The notes below the pieces were generated by a model, which was given only the letters and a program-made list of their open reading frames with translations, was not told the origin of the DNA and did not search any database. This document shows positions 47,529-64,000 of a stretch of 64,000 nt of DNA, piece by piece (the first letter of the stretch is position 1; each line of letters begins with the position of its first letter). The translations under genes were made by a program, and so were the position numbers. Source of the stretch: the human T2T-CHM13v2.0 reference genome, Homo sapiens; assembly GCF_009914755.1 (NCBI RefSeq), contig NC_060937.1; one strand, written 5' to 3'.

Positions 47529-47855
47529 AGGCCGGGTGTGGTGGCTCACGCCTGTAATCCCAGCACTTTGGGAGGCTGAGACGGGCGGATCACAAGGTCA
47601 GGAGATCAAGACCATCCTGGCTAACACGGTGAAACCCCGTCTCTACTAAAAATACAAAAAAAAATTAGCCGGGCGTGGTGGCGGGTGCCTGTAGTCCCAG
47701 CTACTGGGCAGGCTGAGGCAGGAGAATGGCGTGAAGCCGGGAGGGGCCGGCCACTGCACTCCAGCCTGGGTGACAGCGTGAGACTCCGTCAAGAAAGAAA
47801 AGAAAGAAAAGAAAAGAAAAAAAGGAAGGAAAGAAAGGAAATAAAGAAAGAAAGC
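47529..47855 (+). mobile_element. AluY-like element with internal deletion and (GAAA)n tail
   Basis: right monomer lacks the gagcttgcagtgagccgagatc segment. Confidence 0.88.
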
Positions 47856-48614
47856 CAAAACCAAACAGTCTTAAATAACCCGTTGTTCCAGAAAGCAGTG
47901 CTCTCAAAACGCCAAGGGCAGCACTAAATGGCAAGGGAGCCATGGACTTAAAGGGGCTCCCCCACTGGTCAAGTTGGGACCACTTAAATATCAAAATGGA
48001 AATTTTATAATTAATTAGAGTAACCTGAGTGTGTGAAAAGCTATGACTCAGTAATGATTAATATAAATTCCAGGAGGGCAGAAATTGCTAACTCATCAAT
48101 TCCTCAATGATTACAAGTGTCTAGTACATAAGGGGTTCTCAATAAATTTGCTGAATGAATACCCAAAATAAAATAGTTAATATTTTTCAACATAACTGTA
48201 ATGTAAAGGAAGGTTAAATATGCCCTCTCCTTAATTTTTTGATGATTTAATAGAGTATCAATAAACATAGGTTTGTTTTCTATTAAGTATATATCTGTTT
48301 TTAAAGTATATTTTTGCACAGAAGTAAAAAGAAAGGTAAATACGGGGAACTATGAATAAGCCAAATGGTGTAAGGAAGAAAAGGAACTGCACCAAAACCA
48401 GCAAGAAATAATGAATACCCAGGGTTACACATGATAACCAAGTACGAACAGGGTCCAAACTTCAATCAACACCAGAAGTCATATAAACGAACAAAGGCGA
48501 GAGTTCAAGAATGAGTTCCTGAAGAGGGACGGCAACTCACCAGCCCAGCCCCTTGCCACCCAACAAGCCCCTTGAATGGGCACAGCCCAGAGCTGCCAGC
48601 AGTGAGGATGTGCC

Positions 48615-48785
48615 CAGTCCTGCATGGTGCAGTGTGGCAGCCACCAGCCAGCCACAGGTGGCTACTACTAAGTCCTGGAAATGTAGCTAATGGGAATGAG
48701 AAACTGAATTTTCAATTTACCTCTAATTAATTTAAATGGAAATAGCCACACAGGGATAAGAGCTAGCAGCCTGGACTGCAGAGCC
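48615..48785. mobile_element. MER3/MER33-like hAT fossil
   Basis: gccacaggtggctac...gaaatgtagcta...aactgaatttt...atagccaca. Confidence 0.6.
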
Positions 48786-49319
48786 TGAGAATCAGAGGAC
48801 ACATCTTGTGAGGGAAAGGCATCAAGTTGCAAGAAAAGAAAACCCACGTTATTCATCTAACAAAGTACAACAACAAAAAGAAGTGTGTTTGCTCTGGTTT
48901 GAATCCTTGGAAGAAGTAGTCAGGATCAGAGCTATGAGAAAGAGAAGGAAAAAAAGCAATCAATCTCACAACCTTGTGTGGTCTAAGGAGGTTATTTATT
49001 TTTTCCCTTTGGATCTGGTAAGATTTTCATAACACAGCAAGGTTATCTCTAATCCTAGGAGATCCAGAAAGAAAAATGAAATGACAAACCCATCATGTAT
49101 TTTAGGCTATGGTTTTTAATTTAGTGAAGTTTTCTGATAGCAGAATTTGTTATAACTACTGGTTCAAGTATATGTCTTGTTCACTAAAAACAGCCATACT
49201 AAATTTGTAACTATAACTCAGATTGTTTAAAAGAAATTCAATTAAGTTTAAAATCAATTTTAAACCTCTTACCTATCAGGTAGAGAACAAAAAACACTCT
49301 AAGAATTGCTAGTAGAACT

Positions 49320-49487
<168 letters not shown>

Positions 49488-50120
49488 ACTGAACTAAAAT
49501 TTGGCATGATGTTTATGGAGGGATAATCTGGCAATTTGTATCAATGTACATACCTTTAACCTCAAAATTCACTTGTAGGAATCCATCCTAGAGATATACT
49601 CCAGGACATAAGCTACATGAGGACAGGGATTGATTTGTTTTGTTCACTGCTGCATTGCCAGTATATGCCTGCTACACAGCAGGTACTCAGTAGCCATGTG
49701 CTGAATGAATAAGTGGGAGAATGATTGTGAGAGGTCACATATGCGCAGTTATTCAGTACAGCCCTTCTTGGATTCTTGTAAACAGAAAAAGAACAGAAAT
49801 ACATAGTGCTTAGGTGAGTAAATTATGGCACATATTACAATTCTATACAATAATAAAACAAAGAACAAAGATGTTCTGTTAAGATACATAATGATTTCAG
49901 TAAACTATCATTAATGTTTAAAAAAACATCATGAATGTATACATGTACTTTCTAAGAATTTCTCTGGGAAAATATGAGATTGATAACACTGGCTGCCTCG
50001 AGAGGTGAATTAGAATGCAAACAAATCAACTGTAAAAAGATACCAAACGATTGGAAAATCTGAATATGGACTAAGTATTATTTGATACTAAGGAATTACT
50101 GTAAATTTTGTTAGGTGTGA

Positions 50121-50430
<310 letters not shown>

Positions 50431-51648
50431 CAATAGTCTTATTTTTTAAAGGTGTCTTTCTCAGAGAAACATACTGACTATGTATAGGTGAAATGAGGAG
50501 ATGTCTGGGATTTCACTTTTTAAATTCCAGATTAAAAAGCAAAAAAAGAGTACAGCGGGGAGAGAGATGAAATTAGACAAAATGATCACTGGTAAAATAT
50601 GGGAATTCATTCTGTTCTTGCTACTTTTATGTATTTTTGAAACTTTCTATAATAAAAAATTATTTTCAAAAAACAACTGAATAGGTGGCCGGAGCAAGGG
50701 TGGGGGAGGAATTTCACCACCCATCTTTTTGTAACTTTTGAATGATAATATATTTATATTACCTTTTGAAATAAAAGTTTTAATATTGTCAACATCTAAC
50801 ATATTAGATTTAATAAACTAAGCATTAACCAAAACATAATGGTACGTTTCTTCCCACAAAAATAAAGAAGGAGAATTAAAGACCCTGAACACCATGCTAT
50901 TCAATAACTCAAGCTGTACGTGTGCAGGTGAGATTGCTCAAGGATGGCTGCATGAGACAGGAAGAAAGCAAAGGATGGAACTCAAAAATGCTAGTAATTA
51001 AAATACAGACAGTGGAAGGTGCATTTTATACTACAAGCAATGGATAGCCATTTTAAATTTCTCTTTTGATAAGTCTCAACTTTGATGAAGTCCAATATAT
51101 CCATTTTTTCTTTTATAGTTAGTTGTGTCTTCTCTTAGTAATCTTCGTATATGCCAATGTCGTAAATAAATTCACCTATTTTTTTCTAGAAGGTTTATAG
51201 TTTTAGCATGTCCACTTCTAACTATGAAATGAACAAGACTGATAATCTGGCCTATCAGTTTATAAGTTTTAGAATTAAACACCTGGTTATTTACAGCCAT
51301 AAATTATGATAAATGAACAGAACTAACAATATTTGGTGGGTGGTAGGTCAAAAAGATTAACACAACATAATGCTGGTGAATTTCCAACTCCAGGCTTGTT
51401 AATTCATCCATGACATTATCGTGGTCTTTTCTAGGAAGACTTTACTAGTAAGAAAAGAACTGAAATCTTCTACTCTTTAAAAGTCAGACTACCAAAGATA
51501 TTCCTGATACACTGTCTCAGACAGATTATTTGCTGAATGAATGAATAATGGATTGATACACAGTTTTGCTTTGACATAAGAAATAACTCTGAGATGCTTA
51601 CAAGATTGTCACCTTTACTAACTTACATGAATATAACATAAAGAACTA

Positions 51649-51834
<186 letters not shown>

Positions 51835-52058
51835 CTATGTTATCACCTAAGGAGACCATCTCAGTGCAGTGATGTGCAGAACCTGCTGACAGGCTAGTAA
51901 CTGCTAGTCCTAGTGAATTCATCTTCAATCCATAGGCCTGAAATAACAGCCAATCCACTCACTAAAGCATTCATCCAATAAGCATTCATTGGGTGCCTAC
52001 GATGAATCAGGCATTCGACGAAGTAGTGGGGAAACCACAGTGAAAAAAACAAACATTC

Positions 52059-52210
52059 TAGCTGGGCACAGTGGCTCAAGTCTATAATCCCAACACTGGG
52101 AGGCTGAGGCAGGCTTGAGCCCAGGAATTCAAGGTTATAATGAGCTGTGATCGCACCACTGTATTTCAGCCTGGGCGACACAGACAGACTCTGTCTCAAA
52201 AAAAAAAAAT
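52059..52210 (+). mobile_element. Alu monomer (FRAM/FAM-like)
   Basis: single monomer with A tail. Confidence 0.8.
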
Positions 52211-52587
52211 GTATTCCCATGCAGCTTCTTACATTCTATTGGAAGACAGACGATAATAAAGATAAATAAGTACATGGAATATTAGAAGCATTAAAGAGAA
52301 ATAAAGCAAGGAAGAAGTTTAGAAAATATCAGAGTGGGAGGGTGAAACTGTGTTGTATGTGAGGGCTTATCTTGCTGAGATAACATGAAGGAAACCTGAA
52401 GAAAATGAGAGAGCCAGTCACAAGGGTGTCCACACACAGCAGTACAGGCAGAAGGAGCAGCAAGTGCCAAGGCCCTGAGGCAAGAATGTGCCTGAGGTGT
52501 TCAAAGAACAGCCAGGAGGCCAGTGTGACTAAAACAGAGTGAGCAAAGGATGGGTAGCAGGAGAAGGTGTCAAAAAAGGAGGAGACA

Positions 52588-52886
<299 letters not shown>

Positions 52887-53944
52887 GAGGAAGGAGGCCT
52901 TGATCAGATGAACCGTCCAAACGCAGGCTGGCTCTGGATGTATGTGAAGAGCACAGACGCGGGCAGCAGAGAGACCTGCTAGGAAGTGAATTTAATAACC
53001 AGAGAAAGCCAATGGGGTCCTGGTGGAGAGTGGCAGCTCTGAGGCAGTGAAGCAGTCGGGTTAGAAATGGACTGAGAGAGCAAGAGAAGACTCAAGCATG
53101 ACTCCAAGATTTTCCACTGGGCAAATGGAAGAGCAGACTCATGTGCTGAGACAGGGAAGAAGAAGAGAAGAGTAAGTTCAGGAGGGAACGTCAGGAGCTC
53201 ACTTTTTCTAAATGATCAATTTAAACACTCATCAGCTCTCCAGGTAGAGAGAACAACGAGGCAGTGGGATAGGAGATGTGGGCGAGAGAACTGGATCTGG
53301 GGCGTAACAGCATTTAAAGCCTTGAGACCGGACAAGTCTCTCCCTGCCTCACTGGAGGGAGAGCAGACAGAAAAGGTAAAAGACATTCTTACTGACTATT
53401 CAAAATGTCGACCGTGTGCACACAATCATATAGTCAAAGCAAACACTGGGGGAGGAATACTTGTGGCACATTTGAGAAAGTTAAATATCCTGATAAATGA
53501 GCAAAGATCACAAAGAAAGTTACAAAATAAACACAAATGACCACTAAATATAAAAGCATGCTCAACTTTATCAATAATTAAATAAATACAAACTTTAGCA
53601 GGTGAAAGATGGCATAATTATCAGGTTGGCAAGATTTGAAAGACTGCTAACGCTCAACTCCAGTGATGGGGAAAGGGGTGAGAAGAAGCCTCAGATGCTG
53701 ACTGGGGCAATGGACATTCTTAAAATTTATCACAAGGAAGTAGATTTTTAAATAAAAAGTGTCTTATACATATGACGATATTCCCTGCAGAATAATTTCT
53801 AATGTGGAAAATTCTAAACAAGCTAAATTTCCATTAACTGATTAGTCACAGTGGCATTCATATAATACAGTCATTTCAAGGATACAGAAGACTAGGGCGT
53901 GCTAATAGGTAAGATGTCTATTATGTTGTTGAAATGAAAAGCAA

Positions 53945-54248
53945 GGCTGGACATCGTAGCTCATGCCTGTAAGCCCAGAACTTTGGGAGGCCAAGGCAGG
54001 GGGATCACTTGAGCCCAGGAGTTCAAGACCAGCCTGGGGAACATGGCAAAACCCCGTATCTACCAAAAATACAAAAATTAGCTGGGCGTGGTGGTGCGTG
54101 CCTGTAGTCCCCGCTACGCAGGAGGCTGAGGTGGAGGATGGTTTGAGCCCAGGAGGCAGAGGTTGCAGTGAGCCAAGATTGTACCATTGTACTCCAGTCT
54201 GGGTGATAAAGCCAGACCCTGTCTCAAAAAAATAAAAATAAAATAAAA
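53945..54248 (+). mobile_element. Alu (AluJ-like)
   Basis: full dimer with A-rich tail. Confidence 0.92.
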
Positions 54249-55443
54249 AGCAGATTAAAGAGCCCATACAGTAGAGCCCAGGGCTCTACTGAACCACACT
54301 GCCTAGGCTGGCACTGAGGCTCTCTGTCACTGACTAAGGAGGTAAACTTAAAAAACTTGCTTCTCAGTGCATCAGTTTCCTCATCTGTCAATTGGGAAGG
54401 ATAACACAATGTCTAAATTCGAGGACTGAATTTTGCTTAGAACAAAGCAAAACCGAAATAGGGAAAATGCTAAAAAAAACAAAAAACAACAACAAAAAAA
54501 CAAAAACCCAGCCATTATCTTATGACTTAAATGTTCTTTAAAAGAAAAAGATGTCCGTTTTGAAATAATGAAGCAGAGACGTTTTAAAAGTGATCTTGGG
54601 TGGAGAACGGATTGGAATAAGTTCCACATTTTACCCATAACTACTATGATAAGCATACATTTACAGTATGTATCAGCAGAAAAACAAAGATGTTTCCATT
54701 AAAAAGTAACAAATTTTCAGAATTTGATTTTTAAGCATACTGCAGATTATAGTATAGTAACCGAATTTCCTTTTTAAGTGGATTAATAGCTGTCTATAAA
54801 CCTTTATCTGGAACTTAGGGGCCAGATGTGCTTTAGAATTCATATTTTTCAGGTTTTAGAAAAGAAATACGGAAGAGATGTTAAGGAAGATGGTGGAGTA
54901 GGAAGCTCCAACAATCAGTCCCTCCACCAAAGCAGCTATTGAACTAGCAGCACCTGTCAGAATCAACCACTTCGGAACTCTGGACACTAACGAAAGACTT
55001 GCAGCATCCTGGGGAGTGCTAAAGAACAAAGAGGCTGGGAAATTTGGGTGAATTTCAGCATTTGCATAGCAGCTACCATCCCCTAGATCCCATCCCGCAG
55101 CAGGCAGCCATGGGAACTACAGTTGTATGAATTTCTCCTCAAACATTAAAATAACAAATACCAAAAAACAAAGAAATACGGTGTGTATGTGACATATAAT
55201 ATCCCCAACAAGACCCAGAGCAACACCTGGAATAAAAAGTACTAGTATGTTCCTGCAACAGAACTTAGTACTATTCACAAGTACAATTAAAAAATATGTC
55301 TACGTAAAATTTATATAGAGAGAAATAATAAATATAACATATATAAATAGCCTCATGTAAGTTCAGTTCAAGTTTTGCTAACCAATAAAGTCAGGTAAGA
55401 TCATGACCTAGGGTAGGAGACGATATGTCATACTATCGACTGC

Positions 55444-55880
55444 TGTAGGTGGAGTTGTGTCCTCTAAAACAATATGTTGAAGTCCCAATCCCTGTGAATA
55501 GTGCCTTTGCAGATACAATTAAGATGCCAGTTAAGATGACGTTATACTGGAGTAGGGTGGGCCCTTAAACCAATATGACCCTATCCTTAAAAGAGGCACC
55601 AAGACAAACACACACAGAGGAGAATGCCATGTGAAGACACACACAGAGGGAAGATGGCCATGTGACCACAGAGGCAGAGACTGGAGTGATGTAGCTGCAA
55701 TCCAAGAAATACCAACGTGTGCCTGAAACCACCAGAAGCTGGAGGAGCCAGCATGGCCCGCCTTGCTGATGCCCGGACTTTGGACTTACAGCCTCCAGAA
55801 TCACAAGAAAATACATTTCTATTGTTTAAAGCCACCCAGTTGCTGGTACTTTGTTACAGCAGCCCAGAGAAACCAATACA
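55444..55880 (+). mobile_element. MLT1B/C-type MaLR solo LTR
   Basis: tg...gtgtcctc...ccatgtgaagac...gtactttgttacagcagcccagagaaaccaataca. Confidence 0.85.
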
Positions 55881-56122
55881 CTAACTAGCCAAAGTACCAC
55901 TTGAAGGTACCATAGCTCCAAACTGTTTTTCAAATTTTAATTTATGATCTCTCCACTAAGAAAAATTCCCCTTTGTACACATCATTGACTACCCTGGGTC
56001 ATTTTATTCAGTAAAAAAAACTTATATGATACAGATTTCACCTCCTTTTCAATTATATTTGTTTGACTGATTTAAATTGTTTCAGACTGTTTATAGATGG
56101 TCTTAAAGGTATAACTGAGTCA

Positions 56123-56320
<198 letters not shown>

Positions 56321-57535
56321 TCAAAAAAGGCATTACTGCAGCAAAAACACTAGCTAGCTAGTAACACTAAGAGCCAAGAATATGGCAAACATCTGTGCTA
56401 TTAAAATGCATTAGAAACAATGCTTCAAACATGAAAAGGAAAAAAAATTAAACCTAACTTTCCTGAGGAAATCAGTGGGAATTTATGGAAGAATTAATCT
56501 ACCTCAAAAGAGTATCGACCTGACAAGGAATCAACATGATACATAAAAAGAAATCATTCAAATCAATTTTTCAAAGACGAATATATATAAATAGCTTAAG
56601 AATAAGTAATCCACAAGAGATCTGAAGAGCTAATCAACACCAAAATCAAAGTTTACCCCTACTATTAATCAAATAAATGCAAATTGTTTTCCCTTTATCA
56701 AATTTGCTATTTAAAATGTAAAATAGCCAGTGCTTCTGTCCTTCAAGCATTTTTATCAATTAGTACTTTTTTAGAAACTAAATGTGATCCACAAGGCTAA
56801 AGAAATGAGCTAAGTTATACAACTCTGTCATATTAAAACTACATAGAAAAAATGACTGGAATGAAATATCCCAAAATGGCATAGCAGTTACTTTTGGGTA
56901 GTTAAGTTGTAAATATTTTTGCTTCTATGCTTTTTAAGCTTCCAAACTTTGTACAAAAAAATTACTTTTAAAATCAGAATTTTTGAAAATTAACGTTATA
57001 ATTTCTATTTTAATTTCTATTTTAAAGCACCTATGCTCTGCTAGTTTATAATATAATATAATGGAAAGGAATCTTTCAGGGTGAGTTTAAAAAGTCCGTT
57101 ACATCAACAGAAATACTACACATCCGTTAAATGGAATGAGGTAGGTGTGTACATGCGTTAGAACAATCTTCAAAATTTATCATAAGCAAGGTGCAGGACA
57201 GTATACAAAAAGAGTCTTTTCATTTGTATAGAAAGGTAATTATATACAAACTGACACATATGCTTTTATATGCACGGACTCTTTAGAATACACAAACGAA
57301 ATGGTAATACTGGTACCTCTAGGAAGGGGTACTTGAACCAGGTCTGGGGAAGAAAGGAAACGTAGAAGCTTTGATGTTATCTCACTTTATTAAAAACTAA
57401 TTAATTTTAAAGCCTCATATAGACCCATAAAATAAATCAAATTTTTACAAATCACCCATTAATTTGACTTAATTCTATTGAGCAATAAGGAAAGTTAGGA
57501 TTTTAAGCATTCTGACAGCATACTGATTAATGTTA

Positions 57536-59194
<1,659 letters not shown>

Positions 59195-59324
59195 CTAAAA
59201 TAAAAGAATAATATTTGAATTAATTTTGGTATATCCAAGTGATCTCAAAGTTATTTTTAAGGCAAATTATAGATAAATCTCTAAAGCCTTAGAATGATTT
59301 AATCAGAAGAGCACAATTGCTGAC

Positions 59325-59427
59325 CTTCAGCTGTTTTTGCTTCAGTTCTTGCTCTTCCAACTGAATTTGTTCTTCTAAGTAATCTTCAAAGGTCTGTTTC
59401 CTTTCTCCAATAGCAGCTTTAATGGGC
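59325..59427 (-). CDS. CENPJ: CENPJ exon 6 ([34 protein letters not shown]), part of PN2-3 tubulin-binding domain
   Basis: aattag| ... aag|gtcagc; 103 nt, phase 2 to 0. Confidence 0.95.
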
Positions 59428-60238
59428 CTAATTAGAAACAGAAAGTTATTTAACATGCAAATCATAATGTGTGAATATTTTACACTTAGTGTGCCTGGTA
59501 TAGAAACCCTTGACAACATGGAGAACTAACTTTTCCCAAAATCAGTGCCTCCCTTTGAGAACCTAACAAAAGCCACAATCCCTCTCCACACCTTAAAATA
59601 AAGAAACATACAACACTCTTCACATGACTTTGGAGTCCTAAGAACCCTTCTGAAGTCCATCTATCGACCACAGATTAACACATGGAGTAACATATTCATC
59701 AAATAACTTTAAAATGTATTTCAAAAATAGATCACTAAATATGCATTTTTTTAATTAAGAAAGGCCCTTAATGTGAGAACAATAATCAGAAAAGTCATTT
59801 TGTCCATATTATATTAAAAATTTTGAAATAAATTTTTAAAATAATCAACTTACTTAAAATATAAAATACTTAATCTTTGCCATATTTTAAAATTCTGTAA
59901 CTAAACTGATAATGCAATTATAATTGATAAGTGACACCAAATGGGAGATGTCAATACTTAATTTTTCCCTTCTTCAAAAATAGGATTTAACTATTTGAGA
60001 GAAAATTGATTTTATCCAGATGTTTCTCTTAAGTGAAAAAGCTTCGAGAATACAATGTCAAGGCAGCTTGACATATCTCCTCAACCTCTTTTGTTGTTGA
60101 CAGTACATAATAGGTTGTATCTTTAACCTTAAAAGCATAGTCAAGCAAAAACCAGAAAAATATAGATCTTTCAAACAAAGAAAGTGTTCAATAATAAAGG
60201 CTAGCTATTGTACTAAATAGTCACATTTCTCACTTTCA

Positions 60239-60388
<150 letters not shown>

Positions 60389-60550
60389 TCAAGAAAAGCA
60401 TATTAATGTCTTAAAACATGAGAATTCTACAAGTTACTATGCTAAAACATTTTTTTAATTAAAAGTAATGTATATCACAGATTTTACAACACTCAAGGAA
60501 TTCTTTAATATAATTAAGAGAAACTACAAAACTCCAATTAAGACACTTGA

Positions 60551-60845
60551 GGCCGGGTGTGGTGGCTCACACCTGTAATCCCAGCACTTTGGGAGGCCAA
60601 GGCGGGAGAATCACTTGAGGCCAGGAATTCGAGCCCAGCCTGGCCAACGTGGCGAAACCCCGTCTCTACAAAAAAAAAAAAAAAAAAAAATTAGCCAGGC
60701 GTGGTGGCACATGCCTGTAATCCCAGCTACCTGGGAGGCTGAGAGCAAGCAGAGGTTGCAGTAAGCCAAGATGGTGCCACTGGACTCCAACCTAAGTGAC
60801 AGAGGAAGACCCTGTCTCAAAAATAAAATAAAATAAAATAAAAGA
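60551..60845 (+). mobile_element. Alu with target-site duplication AAGACACTTGA
   Basis: full dimer; identical 11-mer on both flanks. Confidence 0.94.
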
Positions 60846-61476
60846 AAGACACTTGACATTCTTCAAAAGGTTAATGTCATGAGGAAAAAAGTGTGGGGTT
60901 TTCTAGAGATTAAAAAGGCTAAAGAGTTGTAAGAATCAAACGTAATACATGAACTTGACTGGATATGCATTAATTTGATTGGATCCTTTAAAAAAAAAGC
61001 ACCTTTAAAAGATATTTTGGGATAACTGGGGGAATCCCAAAATGGACTTGAATATTAAGGAATTATCATTAATTTCTTTAGATACAATAATAGCACTGTG
61101 GTTATACAGATGAATGTCCTAATTTTTGCTTGATGCATACTGAAATATTTGGAATGAAGTAACAAGATACCTGCATATTATTTTCAGTGAAATGGTTCAG
61201 CAAATTATACACATATAGAAGTAAAGATAAGGATATACATGTAAAAGATATATATACACATACATACACTGACAAAGTAAATACAGCAAAATATTAACTG
61301 CTCAATCTAGGTGGTGGGTATATCAGTAATAACTGCAGTGGTCTTTCAACTTTTCTAGATGTTTGAAATTTTCCAAAATAAAAGGCTATGGAAACATGTT
61401 GTATAAAAAAGAAGAAAAACATATTTGAGCTTTCCACACCGATGAATTAACTCTAAATTAGGAACAAGGCATTATG

Positions 61477-62318
<842 letters not shown>

Positions 62319-62471
62319 TTACAATTAAGAAATGCAACAAAGCTGATGACTTCCTTCAACATTTTCTCTTTTATCCCCAGTAGTGACCCCCACCCCACAA
62401 AGACTTCTCCACAGTGACAACAGTATTTTTTCCCTTTATTAGGAAATGGTGTTTAACAAAACCATTGATTG

Positions 62472-62755
<284 letters not shown>

Positions 62756-63774
62756 TGTTTAAATTTCTAATGCAGTAAGTTATTGGTAAATACAGCCCAT
62801 ATAACAAAAGTTCTTTGGGGCTCTCAAATATTTAAGAATCCTAAGGGATCCTGAGACCAAAATATTTGAAAACTACTGCTCCAAAGCAAACTGCTCCATG
62901 ACTGCATGAGGCTAGTTCTTATGTAAATAACTTTGAAATCAGCTTCCCTGTCATTCTGTCATAGTGCGGTTCTACCTTTAAAAGTATCACAGCTGTTATT
63001 TAAGTGATCTTGATTATTCTTTGTATGTATTCCATAAAGAAACCCTAAGCCATTCAACTATTTTAAGGCACACAAATGTTTTCTATATTCTCTAAGATAA
63101 ACATCCAAATTCCCTAAACCATTGTTTATGTGCTACAATTTCTCATGACCACACCCCACCTGACCCCTGCACCCAGCCTCACTCACTTGCCAAGTCTTTT
63201 TTTCCTTGTATTCTCAATGCCCAGCATAATCTCTGAGCAGAACAGGTGCTTTCCTGGGTCAGTAAAGTATATTTCTTAAAAGAAGCAAACACATGGCTCC
63301 AACCTCAGTTTTTTTCAAACTATGGGACACAATCTATAATAATTTTATTATCGGATGTAGCATTTTTTAAAATGATATAGAACTAGAATAAACAAGACAG
63401 AAAATGTCCTCACTACATGCCAGGAACACCAATAAGGACTGATGACATGAAATTGCTTTGTCATTATGAGTCACGATTTTAAACATTTTTACTACTACAG
63501 AGTGTGGTCAAGAAACTTTCAAACCACTGCTCCAGGTCACATTTCCAGTTTTCTTTCCTGATTGGCACGTGACGCTTTCCGTTAACTGATGGGTCACACA
63601 ACAGAATACTGTCATCTCCTACCACAGAAAATATCTTTGGTATGGTTCTTCAGCTGAACAGAGTGGCTCCTACATGTATTTACCTTCATGACACCCAACA
63701 GTTTTCATTCATCAGGCAGGGGTTGGATACCAGCAGCAGCTCTAGGCCAAATCTGACTTTTCTTCTATTGGACC

Positions 63775-63950
63775 TTTTTTGGGGGGACAGGGTCTCACTC
63801 TGTTGCCCGGCTGGAATGCAGTGGTGCCATTATAGCTCACTGCTGCAGCCTCAAATTCCTGGGCTCAAGCAATCCTCCCACCTCAGTCTCCAGAGTAGCT
63901 AGGACTGCAGGCATGGACCACCACACCCAGCTCATTTTTTTTTTTTTTTT
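63775..63950 (-). mobile_element. Alu right-arm fragment (AluJ-like)
   Basis: gacagggtctcactctg ... cccagctcattttt. Confidence 0.85.
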
Positions 63951-64000
63951 AATGAATAAACATCAATGCCTTAAAGCAGGGCATGCGCACACCAGAATGC

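Noticed and set aside
46537-47557. Overlapping 288-aa (-) and 224-aa (+) ORFs
   Set aside because: Low-complexity P/R/G composition, no ATG start, no recognisable domain; expected from stop-codon scarcity in GC-rich DNA.
63630-63745. Possible cryptic CENPJ exon with donor gaag|gtaaat on -
   Set aside because: Upstream acceptor lacks a pyrimidine tract; cannot be supported from sequence alone.

Overview
Human (Alu-rich, AluYa5 present) genomic DNA containing two convergent, known genes. The + strand carries the 3' part of RNF17 (germline RING/Tudor protein): 13 coding exons from 2164 to the stop at 31093, plus a non-coding last exon ending near 31735. The - strand carries CENPJ/CPAP (centriole protein) coding exons 4-17, from 62317 down to the stop at 35416. 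All exon boundaries were read from GT/AG sites and checked for phase continuity. Introns hold many Alu, L1, L2, MaLR/ERVL LTR and DNA-transposon fossils, including a near full-length HSMAR2 mariner. Repeat coordinates are approximate and subfamily calls are from recall of consensus sequences. I cannot support a new multi-gene system here. The most unusual unexplained structures are: (1) a ~1.2 kb insert between the two 3' ends made of a perfect 34-bp inverted repeat, a 60-bp inverted copy of the neighbouring Alu and a ~40-unit palindromic 22-bp tandem array; (2) an isolated 68-nt hairpin with a 30-bp stem in an RNF17 intron; (3) several splice-architecture oddities.
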